Shown here: positions 8,900-19,589 of the stretch, piece by piece | Numbering within the stretch: position 1 is the first letter of the stretch | Layout: every line of letters starts with the position of its first letter | From: Candidatus Bathyarchaeota archaeon | Lineage (GTDB): Archaea; Thermoproteota; Bathyarchaeia; Bathyarchaeales; Bathycorpusculaceae | Direction of reading: 5' to 3' | Length of the DNA stretch: 64,000 nt | Assembly (NCBI GenBank): GCA_963826715.1 | Contig: CAWGYA010000007.1 | Span: 211,445-275,444, forward strand | The notes under the pieces: generated by a model | Database searches by the model: none | Told to the model about the DNA's origin: nothing | What the model saw: the letters and a program-made list of their open reading frames with translations, nothing else | Made by a program: the position numbers and the translations under genes

Positions 8900-10261
8900 A
8901 TGGAAGATTACTGCAGAATTATGCTAGAGGATTTTCTGAATAATTCTTTTATGACCGTTGAGGCTTTAGTGGAAAAAATATCTGTTGTTAAGGGGCAAAA
9001 CATTGATCGAAAAGTAACTTTGTTTCGCTACGTCAAAGGAGAAAAAGTATCTATACCATTTGAAGGCGACCACTTTTTTTTGCGGGGCTCAGTTGAATAT
9101 ACCAATCCCCAAATAACAATTGAGGAAATTCAAGGAATAGTTGCGACGAGGTTACTTGAAACCTGCAGCAATTATTTTTACGAGGCGGGATTGCATAAAC
9201 CAGATAAGCGTGATGTTGACGCAATCTATGAGGCACTGCAGAAACCGACTAGCGGTTATATTGTTCCTTTTTTATTAAACACCGACGACGTAGAGGCTGA
9301 TCGCTACTCGATTAATCCGCTTCGACATTCAATTGTTGAGAGCGGGCAGAGCGCCTTTCCTGTCGTTAACGTAAAAACTGGAATGTTAAAAATTGACTGT
9401 GAATACGTCAAAAAATATCTTGGAAAACTCATTTCTCAAGAAGACCTTGATCTAATTGAGAGTGAACTCAAAGAAAGCAGCGGATCCTACATAGATCTGG
9501 TTGATTCGATTAAGTATCGTCAACTTCAAGAATTAACAGGGTTCTGTGGCATGAATCTCTCTCTCTATACGCTACGGATGCCTCTTACAACTCTCCAGGC
9601 GGAAAGCGAGGATGGCTTGCTTCACCACATTATTAGCGAAAGTAACCGTGACTACAAATCAGTAGAAGAAGCATACACTTGCATGGGTCGCAGTATGAAT
9701 AAACGCACAACACTGCTGACGGTGCCACATTCAAAGCAAGGATTCGGGTCCAAACGTGCTGCTCGAGGCAAACTCCATTTTGAAGATGGCAAATTACAAA
9801 ACGTAACTGTCAAATACCAAACTACACCGCTTTATCCCAACGGAATCGACCCAAAAGATGTTTCTACAGCAGTCTGCGAAGACAACTTTGTGGTCGCAGG
9901 CGAAAAACTCTCCAATTACAACTATGCGGAGACACCATCATCTCCTCAGTTTTTCCTCTATATGATTGGATCCCCTGAGGATGCAGCAGTCTGGCATGGC
10001 GTGGGCGCTTTCGCTTCTTCACAACTTCTTCAAAGTTACTCATCTGCTCGCAACGCCTGCAAGGTCGGGACGTTAATTAGGGATTTAAGCCAGAAGTACC
10101 GTGTTAACATGGGTGTTCCATTACAATTTAATCTTGTACCCGACGGCATGTGGCGCCACCCTAAATACAACAACATAGACGCAAGTGTGGGTAGCGTTGA
10201 AAATCTTGCTGATCTAGTAAAAAGAGGCATGAGAGTTGAGTTTCTCTCTGATTTCAAGTAG
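8900..10261 (+). CDS. Hypothetical protein (453 aa, soluble, family not recognised)
   Basis: Long intact ORF 4 bp after the GNAT gene. Confidence 0.8.
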   Translation: MEDYCRIMLEDFLNNSFMTVEALVEKISVVKGQNIDRKVTLFRYVKGEKVSIPFEGDHFFLRGSVEYTNPQITIEEIQGIVATRLLETCSNYFYEAGLHKPDKRDVDAIYEALQKPTSGYIVPFLLNTDDVEADRYSINPLRHSIVESGQSAFPVVNVKTGMLKIDCEYVKKYLGKLISQEDLDLIESELKESSGSYIDLVDSIKYRQLQELTGFCGMNLSLYTLRMPLTTLQAESEDGLLHHIISESNRDYKSVEEAYTCMGRSMNKRTTLLTVPHSKQGFGSKRAARGKLHFEDGKLQNVTVKYQTTPLYPNGIDPKDVSTAVCEDNFVVAGEKLSNYNYAETPSSPQFFLYMIGSPEDAAVWHGVGAFASSQLLQSYSSARNACKVGTLIRDLSQKYRVNMGVPLQFNLVPDGMWRHPKYNNIDASVGSVENLADLVKRGMRVEFLSDFK

Positions 10262-10272
10262 GAGCCATCAAT

Positions 10273-10803
10273 TTGCCTGGGCTTGAATACATTTTCTTCC
10301 GGGTTCTTAGAGTATTCCGCCGTTTGCCAATTAACCCTCTGAGTATTGGTAACCAAAAAGGTTTTTTCCTCGACTATTTCAAGGGCTTTGATAAGGTTCC
10401 TGCAGTGAGGAGGGTATTTGGTGAAAAAACTACACATATTCTCACCCACTTAAAAGTCGAGTTTACATGGCTTAACGGCTACATGTTCGTCGATGGCTCC
10501 GACGGACATCTTGTTATAAGCAAAGGCTACTTTAACAGGGGGGATAAAACTGATATTTACCTCGACTTGATCCACGAACTTTGTCATGTAAAGCAATTTA
10601 TGGCTGGACATGAACTCTTTGATCCCAGTTATGACTATGTTGACCGCCCCACAGAGATTGAAGCGTATAAGTATGCGGTCTGTGAGGCGCGGCGGCTAGG
10701 TTTTGACAAAGAGCGAATTATGTGTTACCTTAAAACTGAATGGATGAGCAACCACGATCTCAAAAAACTAGCTAATAATATTGACTTAGAAAAGACAGGT
10801 TAA
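10273..10803 (+). CDS. Putative zincin-like metalloprotein (HExxH)
   Basis: DLIHELCHVKQ followed by PTEIEAY as the third-ligand motif. Confidence 0.7.
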   Translation: MPGLEYIFFRVLRVFRRLPINPLSIGNQKGFFLDYFKGFDKVPAVRRVFGEKTTHILTHLKVEFTWLNGYMFVDGSDGHLVISKGYFNRGDKTDIYLDLIHELCHVKQFMAGHELFDPSYDYVDRPTEIEAYKYAVCEARRLGFDKERIMCYLKTEWMSNHDLKKLANNIDLEKTG

Positions 10804-10839
10804 AAAAGGAATAGGGGTTCTGTAATTTTGCTCTCAGTT

Positions 10840-12039
10840 TTACATCTCCAGGGCTTCTTTATAAACGCTTAACATTCTATTTGCACATAAATCCCAACTG
10901 AAATTCTCGCAAACAAACCTTCGACCCTCAGCACCCATTTTTTCCCTCAAAGACTTATCCGAAAGAACCTTCAATAAATAAGCTGCCAATTCTTCACAAT
11001 TGCCGCTTTTAACTAAAAACCCCGTTTTCCCGTCGCGAATAGTTTCACAAACTCCGCCGGTCCCAAAGCCAATTACAGGTATACCGCATGCCTGTGCTTC
11101 TAGCAAAACAATACCTTGACCTTCCTGAATCGAAGGTAAAACAAAAACGTCAGCGGATTGGTACACACCCGCGAGTAATTTTTCTGTTAGGTTTCCTAGG
11201 AACACAAAGTTATCTACGAGACCTAATGCTTTTATTGAATCCTTAAGTTTAGCCTTAAGCGGTCCTTCACCAACAATTAGAAACTTTGTGTTGATTTGTT
11301 CTTTAACAACCTGTTTTGCTGCCTCAATAAGAAATGGCAAGCCTTTTCTTAGAATTAAGCTGCCTACAAACAGCACACAAGGCTCGGCGCCTAAGCCGAA
11401 GAGCTCTCTTGCAGTTTTTGCATCGCCAGGCTTGAATTTTTCTAGATCGACTCCGTTGGGGACAATCCGAACCTTCCCAGTGTCTATGCCATAGAAACTC
11501 TGAATCTTACTAAGGGAATATTTGCTTATAGTCACTATTAGTGATGCATCTTGGGCAGTTTGTTTTTCTAGTTTGGATAGATATGCCATAAAAGTGTTGG
11601 TCACTCGTGCCTTTAGCGATGGGTAACCGCTTAGTTTTGCTTGTTGATACTCGTCAGCTAGAACGCCATGGATGGTGTGAATGAAAGGTCTTTTGCTCCC
11701 GTTTTGCTGAAGTTTTTTGGGAAATCCATATCCGCTCACCGTGTGGGCTTCATAAACGTCAGCTTGGATTTCACTGGCTTTTTTGGTTAGGCTACGGTTA
11801 AAAAACCAGTTGTCGAGGGGGAATACTTTATCGCTTGCATAGAGGGGAATTAATTTTATTTCTTCGATAGATATGGGTTCTTTAAAACCTGTTTTAGTGC
11901 CGCTGTAAATGGTGGTTTCTGTTTGAGTTTGTAGCCGCTTAGCAGTTTCTATGATACGTCGCTCTACGCCTCCATAGTAAAGGTGAGGCGGCTGGGTATT
12001 GAAAACTGCTAACTGAAATTTTGTTAATATTTCCCGCAT
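10840..12039 (-). CDS. Glycosyltransferase family 4
   Basis: GGVERR, VPNGVD, FVGSL..RKG, EGQGIVLLEAQACG. Confidence 0.92.
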   Translation of the reverse strand: MREILTKFQLAVFNTQPPHLYYGGVERRIIETAKRLQTQTETTIYSGTKTGFKEPISIEEIKLIPLYASDKVFPLDNWFFNRSLTKKASEIQADVYEAHTVSGYGFPKKLQQNGSKRPFIHTIHGVLADEYQQAKLSGYPSLKARVTNTFMAYLSKLEKQTAQDASLIVTISKYSLSKIQSFYGIDTGKVRIVPNGVDLEKFKPGDAKTARELFGLGAEPCVLFVGSLILRKGLPFLIEAAKQVVKEQINTKFLIVGEGPLKAKLKDSIKALGLVDNFVFLGNLTEKLLAGVYQSADVFVLPSIQEGQGIVLLEAQACGIPVIGFGTGGVCETIRDGKTGFLVKSGNCEELAAYLLKVLSDKSLREKMGAEGRRFVCENFSWDLCANRMLSVYKEALEM

Positions 12040-12340
12040 TAAGTGTCTGCTTGTATGTTATGAATTTAAAAATATAAACTCTGCACTCGGCTTAGAATAA
12101 AATTCGAATTTGGTTGAATTACTTCCTTAGTTGTACTTCTTTTGACTTTTAGTTTATTTTTTAGTCGACAATAGAAGGAATTCAAAAATTATTATACTCA
12201 GTTTTAGAGAAAATTCATTTTTTTCAAAAATTTTCAAAGGAATCTTGAAAATAGTTTTTCTATTTTTCTCAACAATTGGTTTTTTTTTAACTCTGTTAAT
12301 TATAATACTTCTTTTTTAAACAAAAGAAAAAATAGTGAGA

Positions 12341-13321
12341 TTATCTCACATAGTCGTCGAATGTCCAGAAGTGTTCTTCTTCTTGGACTATGATGTCTTC
12401 GAACATGCGCCTTGTAGTTGTGTCACCGAGCTCAAGGGCTTTAGCGATGATTTTTCGGTAAAGGGTAATTGTGTCACTTTCGAGTTTGTGGTCAAGCGCA
12501 AGAAAGTCCTGGGCAGTTTCACCTACAACTGGCAGAGTTTCTGGCTTTGTTACTGCTTCACCTTCAAGAAGGTAAATTCGTTCACTGATTTTTTCTAGAT
12601 GATCCATTTCCTGCATGAATATTGGTTTGAGGAGTTTGCTTATGACCTCAGCTTTGTTGGTTTCGGTTACTGCTTCAAGGGCTGAGTTTTTCTTTCGTAG
12701 TTCTAAGAAAGCGGCTTTTTCGTGCTGGGTGATGTATTGGACGATGCCTGTGATTTCCGCTGAGACTGCCTTGTTTAGTAGAGCGAAGTAGTCTTCGGTG
12801 TAGATTTTGCGCCACTCTGGTACAGATGTCGAGGAGTATTCATCTTTTTCATTTTGGAAGCTGGTGTATTCTTGGAATTTGAAGAGGTGACTTTCTTCTT
12901 CCTTGTAAATTTTCTCGAAGAGCTCTCGGGTTTTCCAATCACCAATCTGTCCTGCAGTGAGGATAATTTCCCTGTAAAGAGTAAGAGCTTCTTCTTCGGC
13001 CGCTACTCCTAGCTGAGCGAATTCACTGATGCTGTTACCGATGACAGGTTTGCCTCCTTTTGTAGTGGCTTGACCGCCGAGATAGTAGATGCGTTCCATT
13101 ATGTCTGCGGCATGCTTCATCTCTTGGATTGCGATGTCTCGGAGGAATTTGCCGACTGCGTCATATGTGGTTTTGTCTAAAAGAATATTCTCAGGAATGG
13201 TTTTGCGAATGAGCTTCTCCATTTTTCCATGTTGAAGAATATATTGGACTGATACTGCTAGTTCCCGTTCAACAGCTTTGTTTAAGAGATCTACATACTC
13301 TGTTGTTATTTTAACAGTCAT
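12341..13321 (-). CDS. Tandem two-domain bacterioferritin-like protein
   Basis: Two repeats of LLNKAV..E..QY..QH, EMxH..I.ERIY.L.G, E...LYR and EE.H. Confidence 0.85.
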   Translation of the reverse strand: MTVKITTEYVDLLNKAVERELAVSVQYILQHGKMEKLIRKTIPENILLDKTTYDAVGKFLRDIAIQEMKHAADIMERIYYLGGQATTKGGKPVIGNSISEFAQLGVAAEEEALTLYREIILTAGQIGDWKTRELFEKIYKEEESHLFKFQEYTSFQNEKDEYSSTSVPEWRKIYTEDYFALLNKAVSAEITGIVQYITQHEKAAFLELRKKNSALEAVTETNKAEVISKLLKPIFMQEMDHLEKISERIYLLEGEAVTKPETLPVVGETAQDFLALDHKLESDTITLYRKIIAKALELGDTTTRRMFEDIIVQEEEHFWTFDDYVR

Positions 13322-13517
13322 AAATATCACAATGTCTAAGCTCAAAGAGCCATCTCTGAGATATAAAATTTTTTGTAAACCAATATAGCTTGCGATGACA
13401 TATTGTAGAACAATAAGTTAAACGCTGTTTTTCAAATAAAGGTTAGTTTTTGAGATTTAGAGTAAAAAGATTTTTGCTCAACCAATTAATGAGAGTTAAA
13501 AATTCGAAGAGGAAAAA

Positions 13518-13946
13518 TTATTTCCAGTGACCTTGTGACCAACGGTAATAGCTAGTCGGTGTAATTTTGATAATTGGCAAGTCACCTTCTTTCCATCCGC
13601 CTTCTTCAGTTTGGTACTCTGGGAATTTCTCCTTCAGCAAATCATGTGCATATCGGTACTCTTCCCCGTTCCAAAGCAGTTCTGCTTCACCTTGAATGCG
13701 AATACCTTTGATGTTGGACCAATTACTTTTGTCGTAGTCGTCAATCACCAATGATATTTGAGGATTTGCTTCTATATGCTCTAGTTTAGGAGTGTCAGGA
13801 TCGGATGCTATATAGAAATAGACGCCATCAAAGACAGGCCAAACCGGTCTCACTACGGGTTCACAGTCTTCAGTCGCTGTTGCTAATCGTCCAACTGGCA
13901 ATTTATTAATAAATGCTTTATCAGATTTTGATAGTTTAATTCCCAT
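13518..13946 (-). CDS. Pyridoxamine 5'-phosphate oxidase-like (PPOX/F420-dependent-like) protein
   Basis: VGRLAT..PVVRPVW..KLEHIEANPQISLVID..GIRIQGEA. Confidence 0.85.
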   Translation of the reverse strand: MGIKLSKSDKAFINKLPVGRLATATEDCEPVVRPVWPVFDGVYFYIASDPDTPKLEHIEANPQISLVIDDYDKSNWSNIKGIRIQGEAELLWNGEEYRYAHDLLKEKFPEYQTEEGGWKEGDLPIIKITPTSYYRWSQGHWK

Positions 13947-14203
13947 TTGATCACCAATAAAGGCGCAGGAAACCTGCACTGAATACTTAATTTGTCTCCC
14001 TTTTAAAACTTAATGCTCTATGAAACAAAAAAGAATTTAGACCACTCATCCCGGACTTAAATCTTAGGAAACCTGCTGAAAACTGGAAAAGCCAGGTCGC
14101 TATTGAGAAGGGGTTATGATTAATTGTTAGAATCGTTAGTTCAGATTTCTGCTTCATAAGAGATTAATAAACAAACAGCAGTTTCACAGTGAAGAGGAAG
14201 CAT

Positions 14204-14425
14204 ATGAAAGACTCAAAAGGTATAAATAAAAAGACTCTCAAAGCAAAAATGGCTGTAGCCCTAAATGATAACATTTCAACACTATCTTCTGAAATGCGCA
14301 ATATCCTTGTAGATGATTTAATTTGCGCTTTTGAAAACAGACTAAAAATATTATCAAAAGCAGACTCTAACGTTAATCTCTCAGTGAATATTGAAGATAT
14401 AGAGATTGTCAATCCAGCGCTCTAA
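14204..14425 (+). CDS. Small hypothetical protein
   Basis: GAGGA ribosome-binding-like sequence before ATG 14204; helical, protein-like composition. Confidence 0.55.
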   Translation: MKDSKGINKKTLKAKMAVALNDNISTLSSEMRNILVDDLICAFENRLKILSKADSNVNLSVNIEDIEIVNPAL

Positions 14426-14911
14426 GGAAAAAATATTTAGATTTAATATCCTTAGCAAAATAGGCTTTAACTAGAGAATCAATTAAAGCTCAAAAGCAGA
14501 ACGGTACGAGTCATTCTTGAATTTTTAGTTTCAATAAAATAATATGATTTTAATTTTAAAATAAAGTTTTTATTTACTTAAATACTCAAAGTAATTTTTT
14601 TTTACTCACCACTATTTCATTTCTTTCTCGAAGTTTTGATTATCAGTCAAATTTTCTTCTTAACAAGCACTTATGACAATGAACTTTTTTAAAAATGGGT
14701 TGCGAAATAAAGATTATTTACAACAGTTTTTAATCAAAAGTATTTAATTATTCAACTGCAAAAAATCTAAAACAAAATAACATTAGGTTCTTGAATTTTT
14801 TAGTACAAAAATAAACAACAGAATTGTATCATTATGCGATAAATAAAATTGTGTATTTTGAATTCATAAAAGTCATATGCTAATTTTTAATAAATATTAA
14901 TTTGATTAAAA

Positions 14912-15103
14912 TTGACACATTGTCCTAACTGCGGGAAAGAAGTAACCAAATCAACAAGAGCCCTGAAGAATCAATGTTTTACTATAGAGATATATGACTG
15001 CAAAGAATGCCACCACAACTTCAAAGTTACAATTAATCAAGCACCATACATCTTTGAAACCTTCTTCACAAATTCACAGTCCCAAAAAATGGTTGCGGAA
15101 TGA
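14912..15103 (+). CDS. Small CPxCG-type zinc-ribbon protein
   Basis: CPNCG..CKEC. Confidence 0.6.
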   Translation: MTHCPNCGKEVTKSTRALKNQCFTIEIYDCKECHHNFKVTINQAPYIFETFFTNSQSQKMVAE

Positions 15104-15412
15104 TCGAGTTTGTAATTTTGTCGCGAGCACGCCGGACAGGCAAATGATTATGTCTAACATAGATTCTATTTATCTATTACAATTAGCTGCCAATTCATTT
15201 GCAACAACTCACCCTGTATAATTTTATGGCACTTTCAAGAAAAAATAATTTTTTTCTGTATAATTATGACCCGATAGTTTATTTGTAAAGGAAGCTGGGA
15301 AAACTTTAATTAAAGAATGTCTTAATGAATCTGCAGAAGCTGTCAACTAGGTGTTAAGAAATATGGGACACCTGATAATAGCTAAAACAGGCTTGGAATT
15401 AAAAATATTATT

Positions 15413-16351
15413 GTGCGGGATTCCCCAAGCCTGGTATGGGGCAGGCCTGCTAAGTCTGTGGTCGAAAGGCCGCGTGGGTTCAATTCCCACATCCCGCGCC
15501 ACAACTCCAACACACCGTTTATTGATTTTTTGAACCATAGCTTACGAGAAGTAACCGTTAAAACCTACATTAAACGCCTTCAATTACTATCTAAGATAGG
15601 CAATTTGGATAATCCAGAGCAAATAAAAACCTTAATTTGTACTTACCAAGCGACTGAATCTTTTAAGGAACTATTAACGAACAGCTACGATTACTATGTA
15701 AGATTTATTGGTAAAACCTGGGTGAAACCACGTTTTACCCGTGAAGACAAACCGTTCTTTTTGCCAACTGAAACAGAGATAGACCAGCTAATTTCTAGAA
15801 GTTACTTTAAGATGTCAGTGTTTCTACAACTTCTAAGGGAAACAGGCGCGGATAGCGGGGAAGCATGGAAACTCCGTTGGATTGAACTTAACCCTATCGA
15901 AAACACGATTTCATTAACTCCGACTAATAACCATAATGCAAGAACCGTTAAGATAAGCGCTCATTTAACAGGTAGGCTTTTACAGTTGCCTCGTAAGAAT
16001 GAAAGGGTTTTTGGTTGCAAAGAATTAGATGACTTTCGTCGACGCTATGAAGATATGAAGAATAGTTTATCTGTGAAATTGCAAAATCCCCGTTTAAAAG
16101 AAACCGCTTTTCGAAGCTTTCGACACTGGAAAGCAACAACTGAATACAGGAAAACAAAGGATATTCTTTACGTTAAATGGTTGCTAGGTCATAAACGAAT
16201 TGAGAATACACTTGTTTATACTCACTTGGTTCCGTTGGAAAACTCTAATTATGTTTGTAAGGTTGCTAAAACACTTGAGGAAGCTACTTTATTGATTGAG
16301 GAAGGCTTCGAATTTGTAACTGAGATGGATGAGGTTAAATTGTTAAAGTAA
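15413..16351 (+). CDS. Tyrosine recombinase/integrase (Int-C-like; frame runs through tRNA-Ser; catalytic residues atypical)
   Basis: QLLRETGxxxGEA, FRHWKAT, LLGHKRIENTLVY; true start unclear (TTG 15530 possible). Confidence 0.85.
   Translation: MRDSPSLVWGRPAKSVVERPRGFNSHIPRHNSNTPFIDFLNHSLREVTVKTYIKRLQLLSKIGNLDNPEQIKTLICTYQATESFKELLTNSYDYYVRFIGKTWVKPRFTREDKPFFLPTETEIDQLISRSYFKMSVFLQLLRETGADSGEAWKLRWIELNPIENTISLTPTNNHNARTVKISAHLTGRLLQLPRKNERVFGCKELDDFRRRYEDMKNSLSVKLQNPRLKETAFRSFRHWKATTEYRKTKDILYVKWLLGHKRIENTLVYTHLVPLENSNYVCKVAKTLEEATLLIEEGFEFVTEMDEVKLLK
15415..15501 (+). tRNA. tRNA-Ser(GCT)
   Basis: Acceptor stem GCGGGAT/ATCCCGC, anticodon arm CAGGC-CTGCTAA-GTCTG, long variable arm, GTGGG-TTCAATT-CCCAC T arm, discriminator G, encoded CCA. 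Confidence 0.95.
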
Positions 16352-17339
16352 AATTTGTTTTTTAAGTATTTAGCTTTTAGAAGTTTCAAATCCAACTGAA
16401 TGCAAAATCTAATAAACAAAAAGCAGAGATAGCAAACATAATCATGATTCATAAAACCATGTTAATATAGTCTTAACAAAGGGTTTTCGAGTCCTTTAGC
16501 GGTTAATTGTACAATTTCAATTGGTAATGTTGAAAGCCCTTTTCGAAGCTCATTTTATTCTTCATAGAAAAAGTTCCAACCATTCAAGAGATTGCGCTTG
16601 TTAGCTTTTTTATTCCAGTCACCGCTAAAATGGTCAAATATAATTAAGGTTCTATCGGGGATTTCTTTGTGGGCACAACATCAAAAAGCTTTTCGTGCGT
16701 GAACCTTTGAATTTCTGTTCTTGCAGTACTGCAAGTGAACCAATTCAAAGCAAACTTGAATTCGCAAAGAAGGATTTTTTCATCATCTAACTCTAAAACT
16801 GAATCAACTATTATATTTTTTAGTGAATAAAACTCCTTTAGACCCAAAGATTGCTTATTTTCAACAAAATTTAAGGCCTTATTCTCAAGGTCTGCTATTT
16901 TAATTCGAATTCTTTTTATACCCGAATGTTAGATGAAGATACGATTATTCCTGCTCTTCTTTTTCGTACTTCAGGCTTTGTTTTTTTTATGAATAATTCT
17001 TCTATTTTCATTCTAATTAATTCCTTGCTGGCTGAACTAATGACACCTACAATTAGGGGCAAATAAGTTACTTTTTCTTACGTGTCTTTCCGGCGTCTTT
17101 ACGTTTTTTTCTCCAAGACCCATCTTTGTTACGTTCTCGTTCTTTCTCCCATTTCCCTTTTTTATTTTAGGTGTTGTCATTCATATTCCTCAAGGAAACT
17201 TAAGTGACGAATTTGGAAAACTTGAAAAATCTGGCTTTTTTTGATGTTCTTTTTTTTTAACTTGCCTCACGTAGAGTTTTGTAATCTTTTCTAAAAGACC
17301 CTTTCTTTTTTTGATAAGAGGGTGATTTTAAGTCTCGTT

Positions 17340-17531
17340 TTATTTCATGTAAATTTGAAGGACAATCTGACAAACGAATCTAACAGTTTTTTCAGTTGGA
17401 GATATAGAAGGACTCCTCGTATGGTGGAATATTCCTCTAGTTCCTGTACCCCTACTTCCCCACTTTAAATTTTTATTACAATTTCTACTTTCACATTGAC
17501 CTTGTGCTCGTTCAAAAACTGCCTTCTTCAT
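17340..17531 (-). pseudogene. HNH endonuclease-like remnant
   Basis: VFERAQGQCESRNC..FHH..VRFVC; second CxxC broken. Confidence 0.5.
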
Positions 17532-17719
17532 TTATGCGCATATTGTTCTTCTACTTCACTGGAGTTCAAATGGATTCTTAGCGCTAAACATATCGAACCC
17601 TCTATTACTTAATTTACTCAGTTTCTTTTTAAACTGGTTAATTACTAATAAGTTCGATTATTCAGGAACAAGTTGGTTAAATACTTTAAAAATAGTGTTT
17701 CCTGTTAGAAGGTTCTATC

Positions 17720-18429
17720 TTGGCGAAAATAGACAAAAAGTACACTGCAATAATAGCTATGATCTGCATTATTTTGCTAGTAGTCATTTTGATTTGGTTT
17801 CAAATAAGCCCAAGAGACTTAACACCTAACCTAAACAAACTCGACGTAACAAATCTAAGAATAGAACCTTTCAGTGACTGGAAGAGTTCACAACTCTTTT
17901 TTACGGTAACTAATGTCTACGATTCACCTATAACAGTAATAGGTTCACGCCTAAATGGAGTTAATTTTCATTATATAGATTTTGAGTTACCTCCAGGACA
18001 AACAAAAGACGGAAACATTATCCTCAACGGTCTAAACATCCAAAATTCATCAAGCTATCATGTCAAATTAGCATTTACTGCATGAGGATGGACAATATTC
18101 GAGTTACTCTCAAACAATTACCCACAAAAAATATAGCCCTGGCTTTTAATCATGGATGCAAACGAACCATTAAAGATTCTAACTCCGTTGTTTACGTCGT
18201 TGAGCTGCAAAACACTGGAAATATTCCTATGGTGAGTGCTAAAATTTTGATTGATAATTATCAAGTCTCTTTGTCACTAGAAAAATGGTTGCAACCAAAA
18301 GACAAGATAACTTTAGACACATCAATTTCTTTGCCTTTCCAAAAAGGAACCTCTTGGAATATTGAGTTAGAGGCAACATATGCAGAGGGAAGCACTTTTT
18401 CCGCTACTAACATCTTCACTTTTCAATAA
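17720..18429 (+). pseudogene. Membrane-anchored beta-sandwich surface protein, split near 18080-18150
   Basis: N-terminal TM helix; two similar Ig-like halves (FTVTNV..YHVKLAFT / VELQNTGN..IELEATYAEGSTF) in different frames. Confidence 0.5.
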
Positions 18430-18527
18430 TCAAAAAGCGTTTTTTGCAATTTTATAGAAAGGGCAGTGAATTGTTTTGGTAAGGTTAACAAAAAATAAAT
18501 AAGTGAAACGGAGCAACTAAACAACAC

Positions 18528-18878
18528 ATGTTTGATATACCGCTATCCAATCAATCGCAGAATGAAGGAGAATATCTAGGCGGACACATTCAACATCAAA
18601 GCGGGATTCGAATATTAATGAAGTTTGAGAATTCAAAAATTGATATTTTTCAATATAATCCCGAAAAAAACCATAGTTCTGAATTAGTGAGTAATAGACC
18701 GTGTATTTCTATACTCTATGATAAGTTTGTAGGTGCTCAAGTCATCGGTCAAGAAAAGCTCAATACGCTACATTTACTTGTATATGGTTCTCTTGTAGCT
18801 CTATTAACCAAAAAGAATGAGTTGTTTTTACAATTAATTTTCAAGGATGATATTGGGTTAGAGCAGAATTTAATCTAG
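18528..18878 (+). CDS. Hypothetical protein, possibly truncated
   Basis: ATG-started ORF with EGEYLGGH motif in the island. Confidence 0.4.
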   Translation: MFDIPLSNQSQNEGEYLGGHIQHQSGIRILMKFENSKIDIFQYNPEKNHSSELVSNRPCISILYDKFVGAQVIGQEKLNTLHLLVYGSLVALLTKKNELFLQLIFKDDIGLEQNLI

Positions 18879-19147
18879 ATTCAAGGACAATAATGTTGTC
18901 CAATCGACGATATTAAATAGAGTCACTAAGAGTAGGCAGAAAATTTAAGTTCCATAGGTAAAGACTGGTAAAGTCACAGGATTAACCCCTTCCGGTTTAT
19001 GATTGCTTTTAGTATTAAAATTTTTTAGGAAATTAAGTTAATCTATACCAATTTTTCCGCGTTTTTTAGTTTAGAGTCGTCAGTAAGTTTGAAAGGGAAC
19101 ACTAACATATTGTATTTGTTAGGGGTTTGAATGGTCTTTAAAATTGA

Positions 19148-19589
19148 ATGCGATTTCCAAGGATCGCAACTGCCCTTCTGTTATCAGCTAATTATGAGGC
19201 AAAGGAAGTTAGAAAAATTAATTGCAACAACGATAACGAGCAAGCATGTTGTTACCTCTGTTCACGCTATCAAGGCTGCGAAATAAGCTGCAATTTCCTA
19301 GGTGAAAACAAAAACGCGCCACAAAAAAACAACTTGGTAGAAAATTTTGAGGATAATAAAATCCGGATTCTGAGATGTTCTTTGTGCAATTCTAAAATGC
19401 TTAACACAAAAATGAACTTGCGCGCTGGAGGTTGGGAAGGGTTTACAAAGGGTTTCGTTTGGAATAGGTGAGTTTGGAGAAATATCTGAAGAACTGCTTC
19501 CAGTAATTGTTTATGTTTGTCCTAAATGTGGCAAATTGGAATTTATGGCGCAAGAGAAAACAAAACAAAAGATCATCAGTAGACTCTGA
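19148..19589 (+). pseudogene. Cys-rich/zinc-ribbon protein, frameshifted
   Basis: CCYLC..C and CSLC in the ORF; continues in another frame as GEISEELLPVIVYVCPKCGKLEFMA. Confidence 0.55.

Noticed and set aside
14430-14910. Replication origin
   Set aside because: AT-rich, but no ORB repeats and no cdc6/orc1 nearby
18083-18085. Sec/Pyl read-through of the TGA
   Set aside because: The in-frame continuation stops again within ~17 codons; indels explain the split better
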